Made by a program: the position numbers and the translations under genes. Below are positions 10,915 to 23,399 of a stretch of DNA of 64,000 nt, piece after piece. Position 1 is the stretch's first letter, and each line of letters starts with the position of its first letter. Source of the DNA: Cyanophora paradoxa CCMP329. Lineage: Eukaryota > Plantae > Glaucophyta. The DNA lies in NCBI GenBank assembly GCA_004431415.1, contig QPMI01000593.1, positions 126,979 through 190,978 on the forward strand, written 5' to 3'. The notes under the pieces were generated by a model. The model worked only from the letters and a program-made list of their open reading frames with translations. It did no database searches and was not told where the DNA came from.

Positions 10915-13900
10915 TTAGCGGCCGGCGGGGGTGGGCGGCGTGACGATGAGGCCCGGCACCCCGGGCCCCGTCCCCACCAGGCCGAGGACGGAGGCCCGGC
11001 GGTGGCCCCGGGTCCGCGCCGCGCTCCCGGCCCCCGGCTCGCCGCCCGTGCTCTTGCGGCGAGCGCGCGAGGCGGCCGGCCGGGGCTCCATGAGCGGGAT
11101 GCGGGGCACCGCCAGCAGGCCCTGCGGCGCCCTCGCCGAGTCAGTGGGCGACTCCCGAGGGCGGGCGCGGCGGGCCCCGCGGCTCGCCTTGTCGTCCGCG
11201 TGGCGGTGCGAGGGCTCCGTCGAGTACTCGTACCCCCCCTCGCCGTCGCCCCCGGGGGGCCCCTCGGCCTGGATCGACGGCACCAGCGGCGCCGGCGGCC
11301 TCTCGTCGCGGTCGGGCACGTAGGCGCCCGACGTCACGCGCGACGCCGCCTCCGCCAGCCCCGCGATCGCCGAGAGCTGTACCCCCCGGCTCAGTCAGTT
11401 GGGGGGGGGGGTGAAGCGGGGCGGGGCGGAGGGCACCGAGGAGGAGAGGTTGAGGAAGCCCATGGCGTCGGTGGCGGCGGAGGCGCCCCCGCCCCCGCCC
11501 GAGTCAAGCGAGAGCCGAGGCACGAAGGGGGCCCCCGCGCTCGGCCCCGCCCCCGCCGCCGCGATGTCGATGACCTGCGTGCGGCGGTCGGGCGAAAGCT
11601 GAAGCAGACTGCTGAACCGCTTCCCCGAAGGCGGGGGCGGGGGCGGGGGCGGCGCACGGTCTTGGTGCCGGAGGAGTGGGCGGCCCGCAGGAGGCGTCCC
11701 AGCACGTCGGACGGGTTCGCCGCGGGCGCCGGCGAGGGCGCCGGCGAGGGCGAGGGCGAGGGCGCCGCGGAGGGGGCCCGGGGCGGGAGGAGGCCCTGGA
11801 AGGAGGCGGAGGAGCCCGGAAGGGGCGGCGGGCTGGCGGCGGAGGAGGACGAGGAGGAGGCTTCGGCTTCGACGGCGGGGGCGGGGCCGGGCGGCGGCGG
11901 GCGGCGCCGGCGGCGAAGGCAGCGAGCTCGAGCAGGTCGGCGGGGGTGGGGCCTCCAGCGCGGCCGCCGCGACCGCCGCCGGGTCGCTGCTGCTGCGCGG
12001 CACGCCCCGCGCCCGCCGCGTGGAGCGGTGCGAGCGCGACCGGGAGCGCTGGGAGCGCCGGGAGCGGCCCGAGCGGCCCGAGCGGACGGAGCGGGTGCCC
12101 TCGGAGGCGGCGGCCGCGGCCGCCCCGGCTCGACCGAGGAGGCCCGCGAGGAGGCGGCCGAGGAGGCGGCCGAGGAGGGGTACGAGGATCCGTCGGACTC
12201 GAGGCCCGAGTCCCAGCCGGAGCCGGCCAGCCGCTCCCGCCGCGCCGCGAGCTCCCCCTCGATGTCCCCGAACGACCGCCGCCGCGCCGGCGCCCGCGCC
12301 GGGCCCTTCCCTCCGCCTTCTCGCCGGCGCCCTCCGCGGGCTGGGCCCCGGACCTCGCGGCAGCGGCGCCGGCGGCCCGCGCCCGGCCGGCGATCTTCAC
12401 GCCGAGCATGACGGAGAAGGCCACGCCGGGCAGGCTCTTAGAGGGCGGCGGGAGGGACCGCCGCCGGGCCGCCGGGTCCGCCGCCGGGGGCGCCGCCGCC
12501 GGCGCAGGCTTGGCGCCTGCCTCCGCTTTGCCTCGGGCGCGGCGCCTTCGGCCGCCAGAGAGGCGCGGCGCCGCTCGCGGCGGCGGCGGCGCGCCTCGTC
12601 CTCGTCGTCGCCCTCGGCGGCGCCTGAGCCGCCGCGGGAGCGGAGGGCGGCGGTCGCCTGCAGGAGCGGCCGGAGCATCTTGAGGGTCGCGAAGGCCGAC
12701 TCGGGGAGGGAGATGTGGTCCGAGTAGGGGCTCGACTGGAGGTCGGGCTTGGGGACGACGAGGCCGGCGCCAGAGAGGCCGGCGGGCCCCGCGGAGGAGG
12801 AGGAGAGGGAGGCCGAGGCGGCGGAGGCCGAGGCGAGGGAGCGCGAGCCCGTGTTCTTCGACGAGTCGAAGTGCACCTGCGAAGGCGTCAGTGCGGGCGG
12901 CAGGCGGGGCGGGGGGCGGGGCGGCGGGCGGCCGCGCCTGCTTGGAGGGGCTGCGGGGCGGGCTGTCCCTGTCCCTGGGGGACGAAGGGCCGTCGCCGCG
13001 GGCCTCCTGCACCGAGAGGCGGTGCCGGGTGGCGAGCCGGGAGGGCGACGCGTGCTCCTCCTCCTCGGGCGCCGGCCCCGGCGGCGAGGGCGGCCGCGTC
13101 GTCGAGGGCGACGTGATGACGGGCGCCCGGAAGGGGCAGGGGGCGGCCGGGGGGCGGCACGGGCTGGCGGCGAGCGGGGGCAGCGGGGAGCCCCGGAGCG
13201 GGGGCGAGTCGGAGGGCTCGGGGTGCGCGAGGGCGGGGAGGGGCGGGGAGCCCGGCAGCGGGGTGAGGGTCTGGATGGCGAGCCGCGGGCTGCCGAGGGG
13301 GCTCGGCCCCACGGGCGAGTGCGACGGGGAGCGCCGCTCGAGGGCGAAGGGAACGGAGGCGTCCAGGCTGCCGCGGCGGCGGGCCAGGGCCGGGGAGCCG
13401 GCGACGCGGGTGACTGCGGGTCCCAGGCCCAGGGCCGGGGACGGGGACGGGGACGGGGCCGGCGGGGCGGCGGGGCGGGGCAGGAGGGGCTGCACGGCGG
13501 GGGAGGGGACCTGTAGCTGGAGGGCCGAGATGGTGTCCGAGGAGGGCCGCCGCCCCAGCGCCGACGCCGCCGCCGCCGCCGTTATCGCCGGCTGCGGGGG
13601 CGGCCTTGGGTTCGAGGAGGAGGAGGACGAGGAGGCGGTGGCGGAGCCGCGCGCGGGGCCGAGGGCGCCGAGGGAGGACGGCGGGGTCGGCTGCGGCAGG
13701 GAGGGCGGCGTCGCCGACCCGATGGAGGAGTGCGACTGCGGCGCCTGCAGCGCCGGCAGGTTGCGCGGCCGCGCCGGCGCAGCCGGCTCGCCGCCGGGGC
13801 CCGGGCGGGCGGAGTAGGGGACGGCGGGTCGCGCTCGGTGAGGGGCGAGGCGGCGGCGAGGGCGGCGACCGCTGCGAGGACCTCGCTGTTCCGCCTGCGG

Positions 13901-15200
13901 TAATCGGGCACCGGCAGCTCGTCCCGCTCCCGCCCCTCGAAGCGCGCCTCCGGCGCCGGCGCCGGGCCCGGCGCGCCGGCGTCGAGCTTCGGGGACGGCG
14001 GCTCCTGCAGCACAGTCGCCAGCGAGCGCCGTCGCTGCCGCGCCTCCTCCGGCGGCGCCGGCCCGCTCGCTTGGAACGAGCTCCCGAGGCCGGCCCCCCC
14101 GGGGCGGGGCGCGGCCGTGGGGCGGGACGGCTGCGGCCCCGGCTGGACGTTGACGTTGATCGCTAGCGTCCTGTGCACGCTGCGGGGCCGGGGAAAGGAA
14201 GGGGAAAGGTGTTAGAAAGGGAAGAAAGCCGTAGCTATCTCGTTCGCACCGGCGACGGTCGACCAGTTGATCGGAGGCCGTCCCCGCTAAGTGGGACTCG
14301 TCGACGGGGGCGGGCGGGTCCAGGCTGCGGGCCGGCGGCGCTTGCTACGAGGATACGCGCCCTAGGAGAACAGCGCTCGGGCGACGCACCTGGGACTGCT
14401 CCCCAGCCACGCGGTGATGCGGCGGCGATCCGAGGTCTCGTCGCAGCTGTTGGCGCGCCGGAAGTCGAGCGCGGCTGCGGGCCGCCCAGGCTCGTCTTCG
14501 TCGGTCACTGTGTAGCCTGCATCGTCGCCGGCGCCATCGTCTCCGTCCCTAGTGTAGTCGTGCAGGACGATCCTGCCCTTCAAGGAAACCTTCGGCAGCC
14601 GAGACGGCGTTGACAGGGTCGGCGGCGAAGGGGGCGTTGGCAAGGTATGCCTGATAGGTCGCAGGAGCGAGGCTTCAGAGCCCGGACCAGCCCGGCTGCG
14701 ACAAGGGGGGCCTTCACTATACCTTCGCCCGATCGTGGTGCTGGAGCCTTCGCCAGGGACCTGTGCGCCTCCCTGGTTAGTCGGGCGCACTAGATATGTC
14801 TGAGTGCCGGCCTCACCGGGTCGTGGGGCTCGCTGATGACCCGCCTAACGCTCTTTGGCCGCGGCACGCCGCGCCCGCCCGCAGCTCCCGCGGGCGAGGC
14901 AGTCTCCATCATCGATCGCTGCTACTCACTGCATACGTGCGGCTTGTACGCTTCCCACTGTACCGCTCTCGGCTGGACAGCAAGCTGGGATGAGCAAGCT
15001 TGCGACTGACTACTTCTGATCTTGTAAGCTGTTACTGCTTCTTCTTGCTCTTCAAGCCAGTGGGCCAGACTCGCCTGGGAGTCCGACCTCCGCTGGCCAC
15101 GCGTCTCGAGCTCTGAGAGGGCGTACCCCGTGTCGCCATAGAGAAACCTTGAGCTCACAGCTAGCACACCGAGCACAGCGCGGCTAACCGCAGCATCTGC
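10915..15200 (-). CDS. Long Pro/Ser/Arg-rich low-complexity protein of unknown function; start uncertain
   Basis: Minus-strand exons bounded by GT..CAG introns (e.g. SLKGRIVLHDYTRDG, HRTLAINVNVQPG, SPYSDHISLPESAFATLKMLRPLLQATA, ..LIVTPPTPAGR*). No domain recognised. Confidence 0.5.
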
Positions 15201-15448
15201 ACCGCGTCCTTACGGCTGTGAGCGACACTCTGGTGTCAGCCCGAGTGGATGCGTCACGCTTGCGCGTGACGACGGCAGCTGCTGAGCAGCGTTCTTGACA
15301 CCGCCGCGCGAGCAAAGACCGCCGCAGAAGCAGCGGCAGTGCCGGCGCCGACTTTCGCCGCCAGCTTCGCCGCCCGCGCCGGCTGCGGCGTCTGGCTGGA
15401 GACCAGCACGCGCGCCGCGCTGCTCGAGGGCGCCGATCTCGCCGGGTG

Positions 15449-17214
15449 ATGGCGGCGGGTATCGCAGGCCCGAGCGCCGCCCCCGCAGCTGGAGCTCACC
15501 AGCGCCGGCGCCGCGAGGTCCTCGCGGGGTCCGTTTCAGGCGCAATCACGCGGATGTGTGTGGCGCCGCTGGTGAGCGCCTTGTATTGCTCATTGTGGAG
15601 CGCCATTAGACCGCGTCCAGAGGCTGGGACTCATCGAGAGAGCGCAGGATGTCGTGAAGATTAGCATGCAGCTCAACCCCGATAAGGACCGCTGCTTCGT
15701 CTCGACTTCCAAGCGCATCTACCGCGGAGGTGCAGCGCGCGCGCGCGCCTCTTTTCGCGCCTCGAAGCCCCTCCGCCTCAAATCTCCCGCGTCCAGGCGG
15801 CATCGTGTCCTTCTGGACGGGAAATCTCGCGGCAGAGTACCTATGGGCGTGTGCGCGCGTGCCGCCCTCCCCCGTCCCACTCCAGATGCCGCTGATGCCC
15901 GCCGCCCGCGCAGCGTACGCCGCTGTTCAGTTTGTGGTTTACAGCGAGCTGAAAACGACCGTCGATGTGCGCCCTTGCCCCGCCCCGCCCGGCCCGGCCC
16001 GGCCCGGCCCGGCCCGCCCGCTTGGGCCCGGCCCGCCTTTCGCTCACCAGTCCGAGCAGCGGATGCTACCCGCCGACTCGCGCTTCAAGCCGGCCGAGGC
16101 CCTCGTCTGCGGGGCCCTGGCCGGCGCCGTCGCCACCGCAGCCACGGTCCGCTTCGCCCCCCGCGCCCTGCCCGCGCCCGGTTCGCGCGTCGAGCGGGGA
16201 GCGCGTACGCAGTACCCCCTGGACCTCGTCCGCACGCGGCTCGCCCGGCAGGCGGGCGACCTGCAGCGCCTCCAAAGCGTGCGCCCGGCCGGCCCCCGCC
16301 CCCGCCCCCGCCCCTCCCTCTCCTCCTCTCCGCGCGAGCGCCGCGCGCGCGCAGTCCGCGGCGCGCCCGACGTTCCGCCGGGTGTTCGAGGAGGTGAGGA
16401 GGGAGGGCCCCTGGATGCGCGGTTTCTTCCGCGGGCTCGCCCCGGCCCTCGGCCAGGTCCCCCATCCCTCCCCCCCTTCCCCCCCCCCCCCCCTCTCCCC
16501 CCTTCCCCCCGCTCTGACGCCGGGCCCGGGCAGATCGTACCCAGCGTCGCCCTCCACTTCTCGATATACGAGTCCATGAGGGCGGCCCTGGAAGCGGTAA
16601 CCCCACACGCCCCGTCGGCGCCGCTTCGCCCTGCCCCACTGAGCCGCGGGGCCCCGGGCAGGCGGGGGGCGAGCGCAGCCGCGCCCTCGACAGCTCGTTC
16701 GCCGGCGCCGTCGCGGGGGCCACCGCTAAGGCTGTCACGTACCCCTTCGACCTGGTGCTCATGTATCCCCCTCCGGCGCGCGCGCCGGCTCACGCTGGGA
16801 CAGGTGAAGCGGCGCATGCAGGTGGAGTGGTCCTCGGCTGCCGTACCCGGGGCGGTTCGCCGTACCCGCAGCAGACTTCTTCGTCTTCTCTGACTCAGTG
16901 AGCCCGTCGCAGGCCGGCGGCGGGGGTACCGTCGCCTCGCGCATGCTCGCGATCGTGAGGGCCGAGGGCCCCCGGGGCCTCTTCCGGGGCCTGACCCCCG
17001 CCCTTGCGGTGCACGCCCTTTCCCCTTCGGGCCTCGCCCCCCGCGCCGCCTGTGGGCTCAGGCGCGGCGCGCGCAGAAAAGCGCGCTGGCGACGGGCCTG
17101 ACCTTCTGCGTGCACGACGCCGTGTCCACCCTCCTCGTGAGCTGGGACGACCCGGCTGCAGCTGGCCGCGACGAACTGCAAGGGACATCGACATCGACAG
17201 CCCGCGGCCGGTGA
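15449..17214 (+). CDS. Mitochondrial carrier (SLC25), thiamine-pyrophosphate carrier TPC1/SLC25A19-like
   Basis: Three carrier repeats: LAGSVSGAITRMCVAPL|DVVKISMQ, GALAGAVATAAT|YPLDLVRTRLA and AKAVTYPFDL|VKRRMQV. Also FWTGN..YAAVQF, FFRGLAPALGQIVP and LFRGLTPAL..KALATGLTF. Confidence 0.85.
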
Positions 17215-18067
17215 CGCCGACGCGCATCGATATCCTTCCCAACGCTGCCGATGCGCGTGCGCGTTGCGCGATGCGGGCATATAGAGGCCTTCGGGCCTAG
17301 GCCTTCGGGCCGAGGGACAAGTAGCTGGCCGCCGTGCCACGGTGCCTACAGCTAGCTAGCCATGTAGCTACTAGGCTACTAGGCTACGTATACAGTCCCT
17401 TGGATTCCAGAACCTTGCCCGGATCCGGATCGACCGGGCAACCGCAGCACAGTACAGGACAGCCGATGACTTCGTAATGCAGTAGGAGTCGACGCTAGTA
17501 AATAGCTGCACTGCGGCAGGAAACGACCGTCGGACGTTGACGTCTGTCCCGTGGCCCAGCAGCTATAAACGTGCACGTTCGCAGAAGCCCGGCCCCAGCC
17601 TGGCAGAGGCCGGGCCCAGGAGGGACTGCACTGGCAGCTACCATGCCGGCGCCCACGGCCAGCTGCAGCTGAAGCCAGCTGCGCATGCAGGCGGCGGCAC
17701 TGCGGCAGGCCACGCGCACGCTAGCGCTCAGCGGCTCCTAGGCAAGCCTGCCGCCGCTGCCGGCGCCACCCAGGCCCCCGAATTCGAAGGCGCCGCTGCT
17801 GCTGTGGAGAGGCCAGTTCGCTTAATTATAAGAGGGAACTTCGCGGAAGCGCTCTGAATTAATATTCAAAACGCCCACGAAAGGGGCTCTACTGGCTCAG
17901 GGCCCAGGCCTGCCTAGGACGACGAGCCTAGCTAGCTGCAGCCTGCAGCTGCAGCCCGCAGCCGAGTTTCCTTTCACGAAACACGCGCGCAAGCTGGGTC
18001 AGTTCGCTGAAGAGGAAAACGCTCGGAAACGCCCACGCAAAGGGGCCCCGGCAGGGGAAAAGGCAAA

Positions 18068-18140
18068 CGCTCCTGCCTGGGCTCGAACCAGGGACCTTTC
18101 GGTTAACAGCCGAACGCTCTACCGGCTGAGCCACAAGAGC
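18068..18140 (-). tRNA. trnN-GUU: tRNA-Asn(GTT)
   Basis: 73-nt cloverleaf: acceptor GCTCTTG/CAGGAGC, D arm GCTC/GAGC, anticodon arm TTCGG-CTGTTAA-CCGAA, T arm CCTGG-TTCGAGC-CCAGG. Confidence 0.97.
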
Positions 18141-18473
18141 TTGAAAAATTCGCGATCCCGTCAGGGTCCGCGTCCGGTCGCCGGCCCAGGCCGCACAACC
18201 GATCGCGCCGGCGCGCGCCGCGGCCGGCGCCGCTCGCGGCCGCGCCGCGCGGCGGTTGATCATGAGCGGCTCTCCTAGGCATGCCGCGGGCCGCAGAGCG
18301 GCGCAGACTGCCCGCAGCTGCAGAGTCACCCCTTAAGCTCAAGCGCTAGCTAGCTAGCTAGCTATAGCCTAGCTATAGTACTGCGCGCGGCCCGCGGCCG
18401 CGGGATCCCTGAGCGGGCCGGGCCCGGGGCGAAAAGGGCGAATTCGAGAGGGCGGAGGGGAGAAAGGGGCAAA

Positions 18474-18546
18474 CGCTCCTGCCTGGGCTCGAACCAGGGA
18501 CCTTTCGGTTAACAGCCGAACGCTCTACCGGCTGAGCCACAAGAGC
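18474..18546 (-). tRNA. trnN-GUU: tRNA-Asn(GTT)
   Basis: Identical 73-nt cloverleaf, 406 bp from the neighbouring copy. Confidence 0.97.
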
Positions 18547-18846
18547 TTGAAAAATTCGCGATCCCGTCAGGGTCCGGGTCCGGTCGCCGGCCCAGGCCGC
18601 ACAACCGATCGCGCCGGCGCCTCGGCTGCGCGCCGGCCGTTGAGCGAGTAGCTCAGCTCAACTGTTTACATGCCACCTCTCCTTCTGGCTTGTGCGCTCG
18701 CGTGCTGCCAGCTCGCGCTCCGAAATGTTGAGCTCGACTCTCGACAGCAGCTTTCGGGGCGGGGGGTCAAGGTCATCTCCTAAACGACGCAACCGACGAC
18801 GCGCGGCCGGCAGTAGCTTTCGTTAGATAGCATCCGAATAGCAGCG

Positions 18847-21800
18847 ATGCGGTTGCCGGGGCTGTCGGAGCCGGCCCCATCGCCGCCTGTCGTTAACACC
18901 GACATGCAAGTGATCACCGGCCAGCAGCCTTTACAGGATCCTGCGCATCACAAATACATTATAAACAGAGAGTTCGTCGCGCACGCCTTGCCGCCGCCCC
19001 GCTCGGACAAAACGCTGACGAGCCGCGGCCCAGGGCCTCCCAGTTTCCCGAGGGCGCAGTCGCGCTGCCGAAGCCGCCTCCCGGCAGCAGTCCGGCTCCA
19101 GTCCCAACTATCGGTCCTTTAGGTTCGCCGCGGGTGCCCGCGCTCGTTTGCTCTCGCTTCTAACGCCTTCGAACCAGCGCCAACGAAGAATCACAAGAAG
19201 GGGTGGGCGCCGCACCTTAAATGGGATCCACGTGCGTTCCGTGTGTAGAAGCTCGCGATAGGCGCACGCGGCCAGAAGTCTCGCAGCCCAGTCGCGAGTT
19301 TTGCAGGCTGCCGACCGCTGACCGAAACGCAGTCGGAGTGAATATCACGCGCTACAACCTGAATTGGCTCTTTACATGGTTCGCGCCGCCACGCTGGCGC
19401 CGCCCCCGGCGCCTCGCGGATTTGATCCGCCCTGAGCGCTCCCCGGCAGGGCCTTCCTCCAAATCTGGACCGGCACGGGTGCGAGGAGTTTGCACCGGTT
19501 TTCAATCCCTGTTGCCGTGCCGACGGAACCGCCGCGCGCAGTCTTCAACGCGAGGATTATCGTCCAGGTGTTGCTCTCCTGCGGCATAGCCACCATCTTC
19601 GGCTACTTCAGGCACTCCTTTTTTCTCGCGCGCGGGGCGTGGGATCGTCTCGGCTCAGCTTTCACCGCCGCAGGTGCGACCCGGCGAAGTCGGACTGGAC
19701 TAAGTTCGACAAGAGCGGCCCGACTGTGGCGCAGGCGGACTGGCAGATCTGCATCCCGTGAGCGCCCGCTCCCCTTCTCTCTTCCTTCCGCCGCTCGCTC
19801 ACGCTCGCGCAGGCTCGCCAACGGCGAGGCGCTCCTCCTCTCCAGCGTCGTCGCCTTCCTCGTCCGCTCTCGCCCGCTCCTCCTAACGATCCGCGCCCGC
19901 CTCCTCATACCCGCCCAGATCGGCATGTTCGTGTCGCTGGTGTTCAGCCGCTGGTGGCAGAACCGGCAGCTCCTCCAGGTCCGAGAGAGCGGCGCAGGGG
20001 GGCGTGGCGGCGGTCCGAGCCGGCTCGTCCCGCCCGCGCGCAGGGGATCATCGGGCGCACGGGCAACTTCACGCTCCAGGTGGCCACGTACATCGTCGGC
20101 GACGACGACGCCACCCGCCGCGCCCGGTCCGCCCCGCCCGGGGCAGGCAGGCAGGGAGGGGCGGCGCGGGGGCGGCCCCTCGCAGCCTTCAAGCGAAGCG
20201 ATGCCGGCGGGGGCTTAGGCGGAGCCGGCCTAGCCCTAGACGCCCTCACCTCGCCCCGCCCCGCGCCCCGCCTGACGCCGCCCCTGCAGGTACAACATCA
20301 TCCGGTACGCGAACCTGGCGCACGTGCTGGTGTACAAGCAGGCCGGCCTCGAGGCGGACCTGAACCCCGACCAGCTCGACGCCCACTACGACGTGCGCCC
20401 CGCCGCCCCGCTTTGTTCGCTTCTTCGCCTCCGCTTGCTGTCGTCCCTATCTTTTCTTTGTAGGATATCTTAAGACGAGTAGGCTCTTAACTGAGTTTAT
20501 CTCAGCTTAGCTCGATGCCCGCCCGCCCCGACCCCGCTAGACTGCTCGGCTGCGCGCCGGACTGCCTGGCGCTGCCTTCGCTCGCTTCTGACGCGGGGGA
20601 CGGGCCTCAGGATCTGGTGAACGGTCAGCTGCAGCTCATGAGCCCCGAGGAGTGGAAGATCCTCGTGCGTACCCCCCTCCCGCTCGCCCGCCCGCCCACC
20701 CCCCGCTTCCGGGCGTGACGCCGCTGCCTCGCCCCCCGCAGAAGCCCCTCCCGAACAAGTGGCAGATGGGTGCGGGCCGCCATCTGGCCGGCCGGCCGCC
20801 CGGGCCGTGCCCCCGCCCCGCCCCGCCGCTCACGCCGCCGCGGCAGTCTACAGCTGGGTCGCGTGCCTTGTCCGCGACTGCGCTGCCACGGGCCGCATGG
20901 TGCGCGGGGGCCGCCAGCCAGCCAGCCAGCCGGAAGCCAGACCGGCGCCCTCTGAAGCATGCATGCTTCCCCGCAGGTCTTCCCCTCGACGATGCTTCCC
21001 AACTTCCAGATCGATCTGACCACCATGCGCGGGAGCGCGGGGGTGCGCCTCCGCCCCCGCCCGCCCCGTCCCGCCCCGCCTCGCCTCGTCCCGTTCCGTC
21101 TCGGCCTCCACTGAGTGCTTCGTTCGCCCTCAGGACATCTTCATGGTCCTGCACACGCAGGTCCCCTACGCCTACGGTGCGCCCCGCTTCGCTCCGCCAC
21201 GCCCCGCCCCGCCCCTCTGCCTTCCTCGTTCGCCGCGCCGACGCCGCCGACGCCCGCCCCGCCGCGCAGTGCACCTCCTCACCATCATCGTGAAGATGTC
21301 CGCACGCCCGCACGCCGCGCGCCGCCCGCTGCCGGCTGCGCGGGGCCCGGGCGAGCGTTCGCCTTGGTGCGCAGGCACCTGGTCTTCATCACGCTGTACG
21401 CCTCGACGGTGCTCGGCGTCGGGTTCCAGCAGAAGCAGGGCGAGCGCATCATCATGGGTCCGCCCCGCCCCGCCCCCCTCCCCCTCCCCCCCCCCCCCCC
21501 CCCCCCCCCCGCCCACGTCCCATGTCACGCAGGGTACCTTATCCTCTTCTTCAACATGCTCATCTACGAGGCGAGCCCCGCGCGCGCGCGTACCCCGCCC
21601 CGCGGCGCCGCGCTGACGTACCCCGGCCCCCCGCAGGGCCTGCTCTCCATCGCCGACGAGCTCGACAACCCCTTCGGCGGCGACTACGGCGACTTCCCCA
21701 AGTACCCCCATCCCTTCCCCCCCCCCACCCCTCCCCCGCCTGACGCCCGTTCCCTCCTCCCAGGGGCAACTACATCAAGAACCTCCTGGCGGTCACCAAG

Positions 21801-22278
21801 TCGCAGCTCGACATCATCGGGAAGTGCGTACCCCCGGCTCGGGAACCCCCCCCCGGACGCCCCGGGCCGGCCGCTGACGAGGCGGCCGCGCTCAGGCCCC
21901 CCCCGGCGGTGACGGAGCTGCAGCGGAGCCCGCCGCCGGCCGTGCCCTCGCTCCTGGACGAGGCCTGCAAGCTCGCCCCTACGCAGGAGGTGCGGGCCTC
22001 GGGGGCGGCGGCGCCCCCGCCGGCCCCGCTGCTCGCCGCCTCGTCGGCGGGGCTCCCGCCGGGGGCCGGCAACCTCTACGCCTCGCCGGTCATGTACGAG
22101 TCCAGCGGGGCTCTCTTCCCCGCCGTACCCGGGGACCTCTACTCGGGCCCCTCCCCCAAGGAGGGAGGCCCCGCCGTGAACGGTGCGCGGGGTCGCCGCG
22201 CCTGTCCCGCCTCCTTCTTCTTCTTCTTCTAAGCGGCGCGCAGGGGTACGGAGCCCGAGCAGGACGCTGGCCATATAG
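18847..22278 (+). CDS. Bestrophin family anion channel; many exons, start approximate
   Basis: VAFL|IGMFVSLVFSRWWQNRQ, YNIIRYANLAHVLVY, QVPYAY|VHLLTIIV, IYE|GLLSIADELDNPFGGDYGDFP match bestrophin RWW, PxxYxH/Q and NPFGxDxxDF motifs. Confidence 0.88.
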
Positions 22279-22918
22279 CAGGGCGCGGCGGGCACTTGTG
22301 CCTGGGGCGCTGCCGGCCCTCTCATCCCCGCTTTTTGAGGGGGCCGCTGGCGTCCCATCACGTACTAAGATACTTAAAGCTTTTATTTGCATATCCATGC
22401 ACCTTCGATATTGATGACGAGCCCAGTTAAGCGAGTTCTTATCATCAGAAGCAGCCGCAATTTGTATTGAAGCTCTACTTTCCGCCCGAAGTCGTACGAG
22501 AATGTCACTTTGTGCTACGTATACGGTAGATATCGATGTTAACGTTGCCCTTTAGTTAGGCCCATACTTAGTAGGCCGCGGTAGGCGTACCACCAGCCAC
22601 AGTCCAGCCACAGTCCGGTACTAGCTTAGGCTTGCCAGCGCAAGTTGCAATTGCTCTATTTTCGGTTTGTAGAAATTAATTCCACGATTCGAAGCGTACG
22701 GTGACTGCGTACCCCAGCCGCTGGTGAACTCATGATCATGATCAGGATATCGATCAGACTCTCAGAGCGCGCGACCCGCGTCGACGACCAAGCCGGCCGC
22801 GGGGAACGGGTGCGCAGCTGCAAGCCGGGAAGAAGCCGTCTTCTGCGAAGAAGGCGCCGAATTAATCATAACTTTTAGTAATATTCGAAATTAAAGGCGG
22901 CCTGCCGCGGCCAGTGGC

Positions 22919-23199
22919 CGACCGTCGGACGCCGAGCGGCAGGCGTTCGAGGCCGAGAAGGCTGGGCTGAAGAGCCGCGGAGCAAGCCGACAGCTGCAGG
23001 CCTAGGATGGCGGATGAAGCGGAGCTCAGCGGCTAGGCCTAGGACGAGCTTTTCCCGGGTCCAGGCGGACTCCGGGAGCCGGGAGCTCGATCGCAAGCTC
23101 GAGGTGCGCATATGCGTGCCTCATGATCAGTGCCCGCAGCTGGCCCGGCCCGTAGCCCGTGGGCTGTCGGCCATGGCCAGCGGCGGCGTCCGACGGTCG
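22919..23199. repeat. 281-bp segment bounded by perfect 16-bp inverted repeats (MITE-like or regulatory)
   Basis: CGACCGTCGGACGCCG at 22919-22934 and CGGCGTCCGACGGTCG at 23184-23199, with AT-rich flanks. No TSD seen. Confidence 0.6.
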
Positions 23200-23399
23200 T
23201 AGAAAAATCATTAATATTCAATTACAATTAGTTACTGACGCCGACTCGGCGACGCCCGCCGCCCTGCCACATGCGCATGCGCAGGCCTTCTACTCGTCCG
23301 ATAGGGAGCCCCAGGCGTAGCTATAGATGCGATGAGTCGAGATCCCATATGCATATACATGTGCTCCGCTTCTCGTGCAAGCGGAGTTCTCGATTCGAT

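Larger units (their letters stand above)
17912..18630 (-). repeat. Left arm of ~0.7 kb inverted repeat carrying two tRNA-Asn genes
   Basis: Reverse complement matches 28683-29400. 18062-18621 looks identical by eye to 28690-29249, while the outer ~150 bp is diverged with indels. Confidence 0.93.

Noticed and set aside
17928-18342. Duplicated ORFs (also 28969-29323) containing 'ALVAQPVERSAVNRKVPGSSPG'
   Set aside because: These are translations of the tRNA gene and its flanks, not proteins.
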